A DNA stretch of 64,000 nucleotides from Thermodesulfovibrionia bacterium (GCA_947259645.1 CAMYND010000012.1:20793-84792), one strand, 5' to 3'. Positions 28,624 through 38,675 are shown, numbered from the stretch's first letter. The notes: generated by a model from the letters alone, not told the origin. A program made the numbers and translations.

Positions 28624-31518
28624 ATGAAAGGAACCTTTGCAATGGCAGCCATAAACAGAACAAAAGACGGGCATCTGCTTGGCCCGGATGAAGAAATTAA
28701 GTATACCACCTGCTACATGTGCGCATGCAGATGCGGTATTAAAGTTACCCTGAAGAACGGTAAAGTTCGCTATATTCAGGGTACTCCTGATCATCCTACA
28801 AACAAGGGAGTTATCTGCGCGAAGGGCTCGTCCGGCGTTATGAAACAGTTCAGCCCGGGACGCATAACAAAACCCCTATTACGGAGGGAAAACGCTGAAC
28901 GCGGTGAAGCTGACTTCGAGGAAATATCCTGGGACGAGGCCATGAACATCATGGTCGAACGCCTGAAAAAAATACGGGGCACTGATCCGAAAAAACTTGC
29001 ATTTTTCACCGGTCGTGACCAGATGCAGGCGCTCACTTCATACTGGGCGAAACAGTTCGGAACACCGAACTTTGCGGCCCATGGCGGATTCTGCTCAGTA
29101 AACATGGCAACAAGCATGATCTATTCGTTCGGAGGTACCTGCTGGGAATTTGGCGGAACTGATTTTGAGAGAAATAAATATATGATGCTCTTTGGTGTTG
29201 CCGAAGACCATGACTCAAATCCCCTCAAGCTCGGGATCTCAAAGCTCCGCGAGCGTGGCGGGAAACTGGTCGTGATAAACCCTGTGCGTTCAGGCTATGG
29301 CGCTGTCGCTGACGAATGGCTGCCGATCAGGCCGGGAACTGACGGGGCCTTTATACTCGCCATGATTCAGGTACTTCTGAAAAACGGCCTCTATGACAGG
29401 GAATTCCTGATTACTCACACAAACGCTCATCACCTGATCCAGACTGATGAGGGAGATGAGAATGAGGGGATGTTTCACCTCATTCCCGAATGGGAGATGG
29501 AGGAAACACAGCAGACGGTCTGGGACAACAAGACAAAATCGATTAAGGAAGCACACACCAAGGGTACAGACCCCGCTCTCGTCGGAGAGTTTATGGGCCC
29601 CGAGGGAAAGACATTAAAGACGGGGATGCAGCTTCTTATTGAACGGGTCATGAATGATTACACGCCTGAAAAAGCAGCTACCATATGCGGCATCCCTGCT
29701 GAGACAATTGAGAGGATTGCTCTGGAGATCGGCATTACAGCGAGGGATGAAACCATCTCGTTGCCCATTCCCTGGACTGATGTGTGGGGTAATGAGCACA
29801 AGACAACAACGGGCAATCCTGTTTCAGTCCATGCAATGCGCGGCATTGCCGCGCACTCAAACGGATTTCAGACCGGAAGGGCTCTCTCTCTCTTCATGAT
29901 GCTTTTAGGAATCATTGACAGGCCCGGCGGTTTCAGGTTTAAGCCTCCCTATCCCAAGCCGATACCACCCTGTCCGAAACCGATCAATCACGCAAGCAAA
30001 ATAAAACCTGACACACCGCTGCCTGCGCCCGAACTGGGATTTCCTTCAATGCCTGAACATCTCATGGTAGATGATAATGGAAAGCCTCTCCGAATTGACA
30101 AGGCATTCAGCTGGGAATTTCCGTTCACAGCTCACGGAATGATGCATAACGTCATTACGAATGCCTACAAGGGAGACCCTTACCATATTGATACCCTCAT
30201 CATTTTTATGGCCAACATGAGCTGGAATTCTACGATGAACACCAGCGGGGTCATTGAAATGCTGAAGGCACGGGACGAGCAGGGCAAGCACAAAATCCCT
30301 TTTCTTATTGTCAGTGACGCTTTCTTCAGTGAACAGGTTGCTTATGCCGACCTTGTTCTGCCGGATACGACATACCTAGAACGACATGACGTCATCTCAC
30401 TTCTGGACAGACCTATCTGTGAGTACGACAAGGTCGCTGACGCGATACGGCATCCGATTCTGGAGCCGAAGGGCGAATGCAGACCGTTTCAGCAGACATT
30501 GATTGACCTGGCAAACAGGCTCGGGCTTCAGGGGTTTACAAATGAAGCCGGCGATCCCCTGTATGAGACATATGAGGAGTTTGTAACCAACTGGCAGCCG
30601 AGCCCTGAAGCTGGCGTTGGTTTTCTCGCGGGATGGAGAGGAAAGGACGGAACAAGTCACCTTGTAGGTGAGCCCAACAGCAATCAGTGGGAATCCTACA
30701 AAAGAAATAAAAGCTTTTTTGAGATAGAGCTCGAAGACACCATCAAGTACAACCGCAACATTAATCAGGGTTACCTCAACTGGGCAATGGGACATAAATT
30801 TAAACGGGACAATGAACCGATCATCATGCACTTTTATTCTGAGCCTCTCCAGCGGTTTCGCCTTGCGGCAAAGGGTTTAAGGAAAGGGCGTAAGCCTGCC
30901 ACAGCATCACAGCGGGAGAGGATAATCAGGTATTTTGATCCCCTGCCGTTCTGGTACGAGCCCATTGAACACCAGAAGGTGAGTTCTGAGAAATATCCAT
31001 TCCATGCCATAACCCAGCGGCCAATGCCGATGTATCATTCCTGGGATAGTCAGAATGCGTGGCTCAGGCAGATCCTGGGTCAGAACTTCTTATATATAAA
31101 TCCTGTTGCGGCCGAGAAGATGAACATCAAGGATCTTGACTGGGTATGGGTTGAATCTCCTATCAGCAAAATCAGGGTTCAGGTAAAACTTTCCAATGCT
31201 GTTGAGGTCAACACTGTCTGGACATGGAACGGCATGGGCAAAATACCGGGTGCGTGGAACCTCGATGAAAACGTAGATGAAGCGAAAAAGGGTTTTCTCC
31301 TGAACCACCTGATCAGTGAAGAGATTGACCATGATGAAGGCCTCAGGATATCAAACAGTGATCCGATCAGTGGTCAGGCTGCATGGTTTGATTTGAGGGT
31401 CCGCATTTCAAAATCAAAAGAAAGCGGGCACTGGCCTGAATTCAAGGCGATTAAGCCCCTGGCTCACATGGACAAGCGACCGGATATATTGAGGTATGAA
31501 TTTATCAGGGATAAGTAA
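28624..31518 (+). CDS. Molybdopterin-dependent oxidoreductase catalytic subunit (DMSO reductase family; Psr/Phs/Ttr-like), no twin-arginine signal
   Basis: 964 aa. N-terminal 4Fe-4S MopB motif CYMCACRCGIKV...C(AKG). Stop codons lie in all upstream frames and no RR motif is present. Confidence 0.85.
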   Translation: MKGTFAMAAINRTKDGHLLGPDEEIKYTTCYMCACRCGIKVTLKNGKVRYIQGTPDHPTNKGVICAKGSSGVMKQFSPGRITKPLLRRENAERGEADFEEISWDEAMNIMVERLKKIRGTDPKKLAFFTGRDQMQALTSYWAKQFGTPNFAAHGGFCSVNMATSMIYSFGGTCWEFGGTDFERNKYMMLFGVAEDHDSNPLKLGISKLRERGGKLVVINPVRSGYGAVADEWLPIRPGTDGAFILAMIQVLLKNGLYDREFLITHTNAHHLIQTDEGDENEGMFHLIPEWEMEETQQTVWDNKTKSIKEAHTKGTDPALVGEFMGPEGKTLKTGMQLLIERVMNDYTPEKAATICGIPAETIERIALEIGITARDETISLPIPWTDVWGNEHKTTTGNPVSVHAMRGIAAHSNGFQTGRALSLFMMLLGIIDRPGGFRFKPPYPKPIPPCPKPINHASKIKPDTPLPAPELGFPSMPEHLMVDDNGKPLRIDKAFSWEFPFTAHGMMHNVITNAYKGDPYHIDTLIIFMANMSWNSTMNTSGVIEMLKARDEQGKHKIPFLIVSDAFFSEQVAYADLVLPDTTYLERHDVISLLDRPICEYDKVADAIRHPILEPKGECRPFQQTLIDLANRLGLQGFTNEAGDPLYETYEEFVTNWQPSPEAGVGFLAGWRGKDGTSHLVGEPNSNQWESYKRNKSFFEIELEDTIKYNRNINQGYLNWAMGHKFKRDNEPIIMHFYSEPLQRFRLAAKGLRKGRKPATASQRERIIRYFDPLPFWYEPIEHQKVSSEKYPFHAITQRPMPMYHSWDSQNAWLRQILGQNFLYINPVAAEKMNIKDLDWVWVESPISKIRVQVKLSNAVEVNTVWTWNGMGKIPGAWNLDENVDEAKKGFLLNHLISEEIDHDEGLRISNSDPISGQAAWFDLRVRISKSKESGHWPEFKAIKPLAHMDKRPDILRYEFIRDK

Positions 31519-31559
31519 AAGGTAATAAAAAATACTGTATTTAATGTGGAGGAATATAG

Positions 31560-32291
31560 ATGAATAAGCGAATGGCTCTGGTAATAGACCTGAATAAGTG
31601 CGTTGGCTGCCACGCCTGCGCAACGAATTGCAAGGCCTGGAATACAGGAGGAGATTACGGACCGTTGACAGACGTTGAACCATACGGAAAGAACCCTGAC
31701 GGTGTCTGGTTTAACCGCGTGCAGACCTATGAGGTTGGAAAGTACCCCAATACAGAAATCCTTTATCTGCCAAAATCCTGCATGCACTGCAAGGACGCGC
31801 CGTGTGTCAAGGTATGCCCTACGTCGGCAACATACAAGAGGGAATCGGATGGAATCGTACTGGTCAATTATGAAGAGTGTATCGGATGCAAGTACTGTTC
31901 CTGGGCCTGTCCCTATGGTTGCCGTGAATTTGATGATTATGACGGTGTTATGAAAAAGTGCACGCTCTGCGTTGACCGGATTTACAATGAAAACCTTCCG
32001 GAAGAAGAAAGACAGCCGGCATGTGTGCTTGCATGCCCTACACGGGCGCGGACCTTTGGCAATATCAATGACCCGGAAAGTGAAGCCGCCGTGAAGATCA
32101 AAGAAAGAAACGGGTATAAACTTATGCCTGAAGTAAGCACAAGTCCATCAAACCATTATCTTCCGAAGCAGAAGGTCAAGATACAGATTGATGAGGATGA
32201 AATACTGACCAGAAAGCATGTGATCGTCGAGACTGAAAAGAAAGTCTCCTCATACGCTGAAGTAACATCAGATGATATTGCTGTACCATAA
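31560..32291 (+). CDS. 4Fe-4S ferredoxin-type electron-transfer subunit (DmsB/PsrB/TtrB family)
   Basis: 243 aa. Four Cys clusters (CVGCHACATNC, CMHCKDAPCVKVCP, CIGCKYCSWACP, CTLCVDR...). ALVIDLNKCVGC N-terminus. Confidence 0.85.
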   Translation: MNKRMALVIDLNKCVGCHACATNCKAWNTGGDYGPLTDVEPYGKNPDGVWFNRVQTYEVGKYPNTEILYLPKSCMHCKDAPCVKVCPTSATYKRESDGIVLVNYEECIGCKYCSWACPYGCREFDDYDGVMKKCTLCVDRIYNENLPEEERQPACVLACPTRARTFGNINDPESEAAVKIKERNGYKLMPEVSTSPSNHYLPKQKVKIQIDEDEILTRKHVIVETEKKVSSYAEVTSDDIAVP

Positions 32292-32388
32292 AAAATAATG
32301 CAACGGCATATTTCATATGCCCGCGCACACGATAACTGTACGATTAGCGTTTAATAAATGAAAAAAATATAATCAGGAGGAACGAACT

Positions 32389-33408
32389 ATGCATCCGGAA
32401 ATATCTCTCGTATTATTGACAGTTCTGGCAGGGGCAGGCCAGGGGATATTCATTTTACTTGTGGCTCTGAATTCATTGTTTTATGGCACGGGGGCTGTAC
32501 CCTCAGAATATATTGTGGCAGCAGGCGCCATTTCTCTTCTGTTTCAGGTAGGTGGTATCATAACAAGCACAGCCCACCTCGGTAATCCCCACAGAGGCTG
32601 GCGGGCCATGTTAATGATAAAGAACTCCTGGTTGTCACGGGAGGTGGTTACGCTTTCATTGTCCGTTGGGATCACTGCTCTCTATCTTCTTTTATACTAT
32701 TCAGGGGCAACCGGTACTGTTCTTTTTGTGACAGGTATGGTCGGCATTGCGGCCAATCTCGGTTTTTATCTTTCCTGTTCAATGGTATACGCCTCGGTGA
32801 CGTTTATAAGGGAATGGTCAAATGCATTTACGCCATTAAACTTTACCCTCTTTGGTATAACCTCAGGTTTTGGAGTAAACCTGGCAATTGCGCACTATAC
32901 TCACGTCAACACTGACATCTTATTCGGAATAAATTCACTGACTCTTGCTCTTGCCCTGGTCGCGTTGATAATGAAACTATTGTCATACAGGTTTAACGCA
33001 ACGGCCTATGTTTCGGTAAATGTAAAAAACGCCATAGGTGTCAATGATCCAAACATTAAGTTAATGGATATGGGGGCTTCCTACGATCATTACAACACAA
33101 AAGAGTACTTTTATGAGAACGCTGAAAAGATCACCAGAAAGACGATGTTTCTTGTTCTGACGGTTGCCTTTCTTGTTCCTATTATCCTCTGGACCGTGGC
33201 CGCACTTAAGAGAGAAATGGCCTATATTCCTGAGTTGACCGTTATTGCGGCAATTGCCATGATAGCGGGACTTATAATTGAACGCCGCTTTTTCTTCATT
33301 CAGGGCAACAATGTTCAAAACCTTTATTACGCCAACTTCAGGAGCACTGGTGTGAGAAACCCTCTTGAGAGCAGAGCGCGTAAAGGTACTCCCGTCCCCA
33401 TGAACTGA
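32389..33408 (+). CDS. Membrane anchor subunit (DmsC-like, about 8 TM) of the molybdoenzyme
   Basis: 339 aa, highly hydrophobic with about 8 predicted TM helices, immediately downstream of the catalytic and FeS subunits. Confidence 0.6.
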   Translation: MHPEISLVLLTVLAGAGQGIFILLVALNSLFYGTGAVPSEYIVAAGAISLLFQVGGIITSTAHLGNPHRGWRAMLMIKNSWLSREVVTLSLSVGITALYLLLYYSGATGTVLFVTGMVGIAANLGFYLSCSMVYASVTFIREWSNAFTPLNFTLFGITSGFGVNLAIAHYTHVNTDILFGINSLTLALALVALIMKLLSYRFNATAYVSVNVKNAIGVNDPNIKLMDMGASYDHYNTKEYFYENAEKITRKTMFLVLTVAFLVPIILWTVAALKREMAYIPELTVIAAIAMIAGLIIERRFFFIQGNNVQNLYYANFRSTGVRNPLESRARKGTPVPMN

Positions 33409-33438
33409 TAGAAATTCGAATAAGGGAAAGAAGCGGAT

Positions 33439-34572
33439 TTAACAGTCAACTATTTTGAGGCTGTTTTTCAGTGACGATGATATATCCCCTGTGTTGTTTG
33501 CCGTTGCAATAAATATGACGTTTGAGAGGTCATAGGGCAGCTCGATAAAATTGTCTACAAAATGACGGTTTTTATCGGAGTTAAAAACATCACGCATGAG
33601 TGTTCCGAAACTCCCGTCAACTTTATCAAGATCATTAATCATGATAACAGGGTTGGAAGTGCCGGATTGACATATGTTTTCGATGATGCGCCCCGGGAAC
33701 TGCCCTCCAGACAATCTGTTCTCACCCGTAATGTCTGTTTCTTTTTTGATATCATTAAAAGATATTTCTCTGAATTCCCTGCCCAGAGCAGTTGAAAGGG
33801 CTTTTCCGATCATTGCTTTTTTTTCAGATGATGACCCGCTCAGGCAAAGAATAGTGCGTCCTGCTGAACCTGATCGTTTACTGTCCAGTGCCTCAGAAAC
33901 GATTGCTCTTAATTCATTAATCTGAAGGGGCTTGACAAGATAATGGAAGGCGCCTTTTCGCATCGCTTCAACAGCTGTTTCTGTAGTAGCATAGCCGGTT
34001 ATTACTATTACGTCTGTCTCGGGGTACATTTTTTTTGTTTTCTCCAGAACATAGATGCCGTCAATATTTGCCATCCTTAAGTCAGTCAGAACAATATCAA
34101 ACCGGGAACTCTCCAGTTCAACTATCGCATCTTCACCGCTCGGGCTGGTCACTACTTCATACCCTTCTTTCCTTAACAGGCGAGCGATATTTTTCAGGGC
34201 AACTTCTTCATCGTCGACAACAAGGATTCTTGGACAGGGGGTTATTTTAGGGCTCTGGAGGGACAGATGTTTAACAATAGCAGTTCTCGCATCAGGGGCG
34301 ATATCAGGGAGATCATTCAGGCTGTTCTCTATTTTTGTCATATCCGAGAAATCCCCTGTTGTCCGGCTCCAGGGAAGTTTTATGAGGTAATCAATATAGC
34401 TGGCGGTTTTCCGATATTCAGGCGATTCCGAAGAAGACTGTGATAAAAAATCCAGTGCTTTTAGGGCCATCTGAAGAGCAGGAGGCGGAAGTTTAGCCGA
34501 TGTAACAGCATCATGCAGGCGATCATAGGGTGGAATCTGGTGACTGTTCTCTCTGTCGTTGATTTCAGTCAA
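33439..34572 (-). CDS. Response regulator with a receiver domain inserted into a degenerate, protease-less Lon AAA+ module
   Basis: Lon-like segment 1: YIDYLIKLPWSRTTGD...VKHLSLQS (Lon: YLDWLxxLPW...RILEYLAVQ). REC domain: RILVVDDEEVALKNIARLLRKEGYEVV...DIVLTDLRMANIDG...LVKP. Lon-like segment 2: GRTILCLSGSSSEKKAMIGKALSTALGREFREISF...SGGQFPGRIIENICQSGTSNPVIMINDLDKV...NFIELPYDLSNVIFIATAN (Lon: [34 protein letters not shown]...PGRIIQ...NPVFLLDEIDKM...HYLEVPFDLSKVMFIATAN). Walker A and B are degenerate. The protein ends before any protease domain. Confidence 0.7.
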   Translation of the reverse strand: MTEINDRENSHQIPPYDRLHDAVTSAKLPPPALQMALKALDFLSQSSSESPEYRKTASYIDYLIKLPWSRTTGDFSDMTKIENSLNDLPDIAPDARTAIVKHLSLQSPKITPCPRILVVDDEEVALKNIARLLRKEGYEVVTSPSGEDAIVELESSRFDIVLTDLRMANIDGIYVLEKTKKMYPETDVIVITGYATTETAVEAMRKGAFHYLVKPLQINELRAIVSEALDSKRSGSAGRTILCLSGSSSEKKAMIGKALSTALGREFREISFNDIKKETDITGENRLSGGQFPGRIIENICQSGTSNPVIMINDLDKVDGSFGTLMRDVFNSDKNRHFVDNFIELPYDLSNVIFIATANNTGDISSSLKNSLKIVDC

Positions 34573-34771
34573 TGTTAACTCCGGTACTGTTGGATAGAAT
34601 AAACATGGGCCGTACTATTTCATAGCCTTGACCTGATGGTCTATATTCAGTATATCAGGATGGAGAGGACAAGTAAATTTAGAGAATTCATTATTATAAA
34701 AATTTATATGCTAATCAATATCTTCCTAATGGCAAGGTTTTTAGGGTACTCTTTAACCATACTTTCCTGTT

Positions 34772-36523
34772 ATGCAACTCAAAATCTGGCATAAGATGAT
34801 CATAGGGATCACCATTCCTTCCCTAATTGCTGTACTTGGGGGAATCCTGACCTATGGCTACATTAATGATATCAAGCACAGGCAGGAATATGTTCAAGTC
34901 GCAGATGACCTCAAGGAAAATGTTTTTGAGGTCAGACGGAATGAAAGAAATTTCCTCACATTTAAAAACAGTGATTATCACAAAAGAGTTCATAGATCAA
35001 TTGAGGAGCTCAGACAGGCGATAAACAGTATTTCTCCCCATACGTCTGAAGAGATCGGCGAGGGAGGTTTTACACTCCTGAATGATTCAATAGATGAATA
35101 TGCAAAACTCCTTGACGCCCTGGTTGTGAGTTATACAAAGGAGCAGGACGTGATCAGAAAAGTGAAGTCCGAGGGAGAAAAGCTTGAATCCATTGTGTCG
35201 AAGAAAAGAGGTGCAAAGGAGTTTACTCCGAGTTTTATCCTGAAGTTGCGGCTCCTTGAAAAGAATTATATGTTCTACCGTGACAGGAAATCATATAACG
35301 ATCTTGGCAACGGGTTATCTCAGATTAAGAACCTGACACCATTCTGCTTTGAATGCGATCCCTATGTGAATTCCATACAAGATCTCTTTGCAGTGTATGA
35401 GGTAAGCGACGACATTCTCGGCAATTTGCAGAACACGGGAAATGAACTGGAGGAAGTGTCCGGCAGGATCGCATTCAGGGAACGGCAAAAAATAGGTTCC
35501 TTTATTAATCGTTCACAAAGTCTGCTTCTGGCAGCCCTTGCTCTTCTGTTTGTGCTGGGACCGTTATTTGTGTATAAAACATCAGCTTTTGTTGTAGCGC
35601 CGATAAAGAGGCTCTCGGAAATAACCAGGAAAATAGCAGGGGGTGAGATATCATTAAGAGCTCCATTGAAAGAGCATGATGAAACCTACTCACTTTCCGC
35701 ATCCTTTAACACCATGCTTGACCATCTGCAGAGTACACAGCAGAACCTGAAAGAGAGTCTTGAGCTTCTCAACGAAAAACAGGCTCAGCTGGTAGAGTCG
35801 GAAAAACGCGCATCCCTTGGCCTGCTTGTTGCGGGTGTTGCCCATGAACTGAATAATCCACTGAATAATATTTCCCTTGCCGCAGAGGCCATGAAGGAAG
35901 AGATTCATGAGTCAACAGAAGAAGAAATGAGCGGATACATTTACGACATCCTGATGCAAAGCAAACGGGCCCATAACATTGTGGAAAGCCTCCTCGACTT
36001 TGCCAGGGCCAGGAAATCAACTGTCATGGAAAAGCAGGATATCATCAAGATAGTAAATGATTCACTGTACCTTGTATCAAACCAGCTAAGAATCAATAAT
36101 ATAAAGCTGGTCAAGGATCTACCTGAAAAACCCTTCTTTGTGAAGGGCAACCAGAGCAAGCTGGAACAGGTTCTCATCAGTATGTTTATCAACGCCATCC
36201 ATGCGATGAAAGATACAGGAACGCTGGGTATCAAGGTACAGCCTGATACTGATAACAGGCATGTGCTCATAGAAATAAGCGATACAGGCTACGGTATTGC
36301 TGAAAAAGATATGAAGAACATATTTGAACCCTTCTATACAACAAAACCGCCGGGTGAAGGCACCGGACTCGGGCTGTCTGTAAGCAATGCCCTTGTTATG
36401 GAGCATAAGGGGGAAATCGATATTGAAAGCAAACCAGGGGAGTGGACAAAATTCAGGATAAGACTTCCGCAGTATGAAGAGTCAGGAGATTTTGTTGCTG
36501 ATCAGGGTTCATTGCATGTCTGA
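34772..36523 (+). CDS. Sensor histidine kinase (periplasmic sensor, HAMP, HisKA, HATPase_c)
   Basis: 583 aa. Two TM segments flanking a sensor region of about 230 aa, HAMP, H-box SLGLLVAGVAHELNNPLNNI, and N/G boxes (NAIHAM..., GTGLGLSVS). Divergent from the Lon-REC regulator. Confidence 0.8.
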   Translation: MQLKIWHKMIIGITIPSLIAVLGGILTYGYINDIKHRQEYVQVADDLKENVFEVRRNERNFLTFKNSDYHKRVHRSIEELRQAINSISPHTSEEIGEGGFTLLNDSIDEYAKLLDALVVSYTKEQDVIRKVKSEGEKLESIVSKKRGAKEFTPSFILKLRLLEKNYMFYRDRKSYNDLGNGLSQIKNLTPFCFECDPYVNSIQDLFAVYEVSDDILGNLQNTGNELEEVSGRIAFRERQKIGSFINRSQSLLLAALALLFVLGPLFVYKTSAFVVAPIKRLSEITRKIAGGEISLRAPLKEHDETYSLSASFNTMLDHLQSTQQNLKESLELLNEKQAQLVESEKRASLGLLVAGVAHELNNPLNNISLAAEAMKEEIHESTEEEMSGYIYDILMQSKRAHNIVESLLDFARARKSTVMEKQDIIKIVNDSLYLVSNQLRINNIKLVKDLPEKPFFVKGNQSKLEQVLISMFINAIHAMKDTGTLGIKVQPDTDNRHVLIEISDTGYGIAEKDMKNIFEPFYTTKPPGEGTGLGLSVSNALVMEHKGEIDIESKPGEWTKFRIRLPQYEESGDFVADQGSLHV

Positions 36524-36603
36524 TCACCTGGAGGTAATGGTCGTTGATTTTGTCAGGCCCCTGGGTGCCTGGCCTTTTTAACGTAATTAACTGATATAAC
36601 TAC

Positions 36604-36641
36604 AAAAAAACCCTCTGACAGACAGGGGGTTTATTTTATTG
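36604..36641. terminator. Bidirectional rho-independent terminator (A-tract / GC stem / T-tract)
   Basis: aaaaaaaccctctgacagacagggggtttattttatt: a 7-bp stem (with one G-U pair) flanked by an A-run and a T-run. Confidence 0.4.
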
Positions 36642-36760
36642 TATTGCATTTAAACCGGAATGGAGGAGGCCTGGCAGATAAGCCCAGGGTCTGCCCCTGT
36701 ACGTTGCCTTGACAAAGATATCAATTTTCTTTAACATTTTCAATGTCATATATGATATTC

Positions 36761-36835
36761 AGGCGCGTAGCTCAGGGGGAGAGCGCTTCCCTGACACGGA
36801 AGAGGTCGGCGGTTCAATACCGCCCGCGCCTACCA
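36761..36835 (+). tRNA. tRNA-Val (anticodon GAC), CCA encoded
   Basis: Cloverleaf folded by hand: acceptor AGGCGCG/CGCGCCT, D-arm GCTC...GAGC, anticodon stem CTTCC/GGAAG with loop CTGACAC (GAC), T-arm GGCGG-TTCAATA-CCGCC, discriminator A, CCA. Confidence 0.9.
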
Positions 36836-36930
36836 TAAGAAGCTATCAGCATAACATTGTCAGCTGACAGCAAAAAAAGAGCTGATCGCTGACGGCTGAA
36901 AGCTGACAGCTATAAAAAGTGAGGTAGAAA

Positions 36931-38673
36931 ATTTTAGAAGCATCTCAAAAAGAAAAAGAGTATCTCGAAGTATATCGGCACAGCACCTCCCACATAATGG
37001 CTCACGCGATAAAAGAGCTCTTTCCTGACACCAGGTTTGCCATTGGGCCAGCCATTGATGAAGGGTTCTATTATGATGTAGATTGTGACCATAGCATTAC
37101 CCAGGAAGATCTTCCGAAAATCGAAAAGAAGATGAAGGAGATTATCAAGGCCAGGAGCCCCTTTCAGCGCAAAGAGCTTTCTAAAGAAGAGGCGATCAGC
37201 CTTTTTAAAGGCATGGGAGAGACCTATAAAGTCGAGCTCATTGAGGAGATAGATGAAGAGAAGGTAACGGTCTATGAAGAAGGAGGGTTTGTTGATCTCT
37301 GCCGGGGACCTCACCTTGAAACTACCGGCAAGGTAAAGGCCTTCAAGCTGCTGTCTGTCGCGGGAGCATATTGGAGAGGGGATGAAAAGAACAAAATGCT
37401 CCAGCGCATTTATGGTGTTTCCTTTCCTGAAAAAGAGGCGCTGAAAAAGCACCTTGCCTTTCTTGAAGAAGTCAAAAAGCGTGATCACCGCCGCCTTGGC
37501 AAGGAACTGGACCTCTTCAGTATGAACGATGATATCGGTTCGGGCCTGGTTTTGTGGCATCCCCGCGGAGCTGCAATCAGAAGGGCTATAGAGAATTTCT
37601 GGCTTGACGAGCATCAAAAGGCCGGGTATGAGATATTATACACGCCCCATATTGCAAAGCTGGACCTCTGGAAGAAGACAGGCCACCTCGATTTTTACCG
37701 GGAAAATATGTATGCATCCATGGAAATTGAGGGACTTGAGTATGAGATAAAACCGATGAATTGCCCGTTTCATGTAAATATATTCAAGAGTAATCTGAGA
37801 AGCTACAGAGATCTGCCCATTCGCTATGCCGAGCTTGGAACAGTGTATCGCTATGAGCGGTCAGGTGTATTGCACGGGCTTCTCAGGGTCCGGGGTTTTA
37901 CACAGGATGATGCACACATTTTCTGCAGAGAGAGCCAGATAGAGGATGAAGTCATGAAGGTGCTGGATTTTACACTTTTTATTCTAAAGACTTTTGGGTT
38001 CTCAGACTATATTGTTTATCTTTCAACTCGGCCGGACAAGTATGTCGGAACAGAAGAGGGCTGGGAAAAAGCGACTGACGCGCTGGAAAAAGCGCTTATT
38101 CATAAACAACTTACGTATGAAATTGATCCGGGCGAAGGTGTTTTTTATGGTCCCAAGATCGATATTAAAGTGCGTGATTCCCTTGGTCGGCAGTGGCAGT
38201 GCAGTACCATACAGGTTGATTTTAATATACCTGAAAGGCTTGACATCAGCTATAGAGACGCCGACAGCAAAGACCAGAGGCCGATTATGATTCATCGCGC
38301 GCTTATGGGCTCCCTAGAGAGGTTTTTCGGCATCCTGATAGAACACTATGCCGGGGCCTTTCCCTTATGGCTTGCGCCGGTGCAAGTTTCTTTGCTCAGC
38401 ATAGCTGACCGGCATATTGACTATTGCAAGGAGATCGTGAGTTCTTTGATGAATCAGGGTATACGGGCTAACCTCGATTCAGATAATGAAAAAATAGGTT
38501 ATAAAATCAGAAAAGCCACTATGTTAAAAACACCCTATATGTGTATAATAGGTGACAAAGAAACAGAAAATAAAACAATAAATATCAGAAAAAGAGACGG
38601 TGAAAATACAGGGGAGATGAGCGTCGAGAATTTGATAGCATTTCTCAAGGATGAAATTTTAACCAGGAGGTAG
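36931..38673 (+). CDS. thrS: Threonine-tRNA ligase lacking the N-terminal TGS domain; start codon uncertain (ATT 36931 or ATG 36997)
   Basis: Catalytic-core class II motifs and a C-terminal anticodon-binding domain. The conserved editing-domain motif RHSTSHIMAHAIKELFP (E. coli RHSCAHLLGHAIKQLWP, residues about 72-88) lies partly upstream of the first ATG. The in-frame ORF opens at 36928 right after a TAG. Confidence 0.8.
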   Translation: MLEASQKEKEYLEVYRHSTSHIMAHAIKELFPDTRFAIGPAIDEGFYYDVDCDHSITQEDLPKIEKKMKEIIKARSPFQRKELSKEEAISLFKGMGETYKVELIEEIDEEKVTVYEEGGFVDLCRGPHLETTGKVKAFKLLSVAGAYWRGDEKNKMLQRIYGVSFPEKEALKKHLAFLEEVKKRDHRRLGKELDLFSMNDDIGSGLVLWHPRGAAIRRAIENFWLDEHQKAGYEILYTPHIAKLDLWKKTGHLDFYRENMYASMEIEGLEYEIKPMNCPFHVNIFKSNLRSYRDLPIRYAELGTVYRYERSGVLHGLLRVRGFTQDDAHIFCRESQIEDEVMKVLDFTLFILKTFGFSDYIVYLSTRPDKYVGTEEGWEKATDALEKALIHKQLTYEIDPGEGVFYGPKIDIKVRDSLGRQWQCSTIQVDFNIPERLDISYRDADSKDQRPIMIHRALMGSLERFFGILIEHYAGAFPLWLAPVQVSLLSIADRHIDYCKEIVSSLMNQGIRANLDSDNEKIGYKIRKATMLKTPYMCIIGDKETENKTINIRKRDGENTGEMSVENLIAFLKDEILTRR

Positions 38674-38675
38674 AG

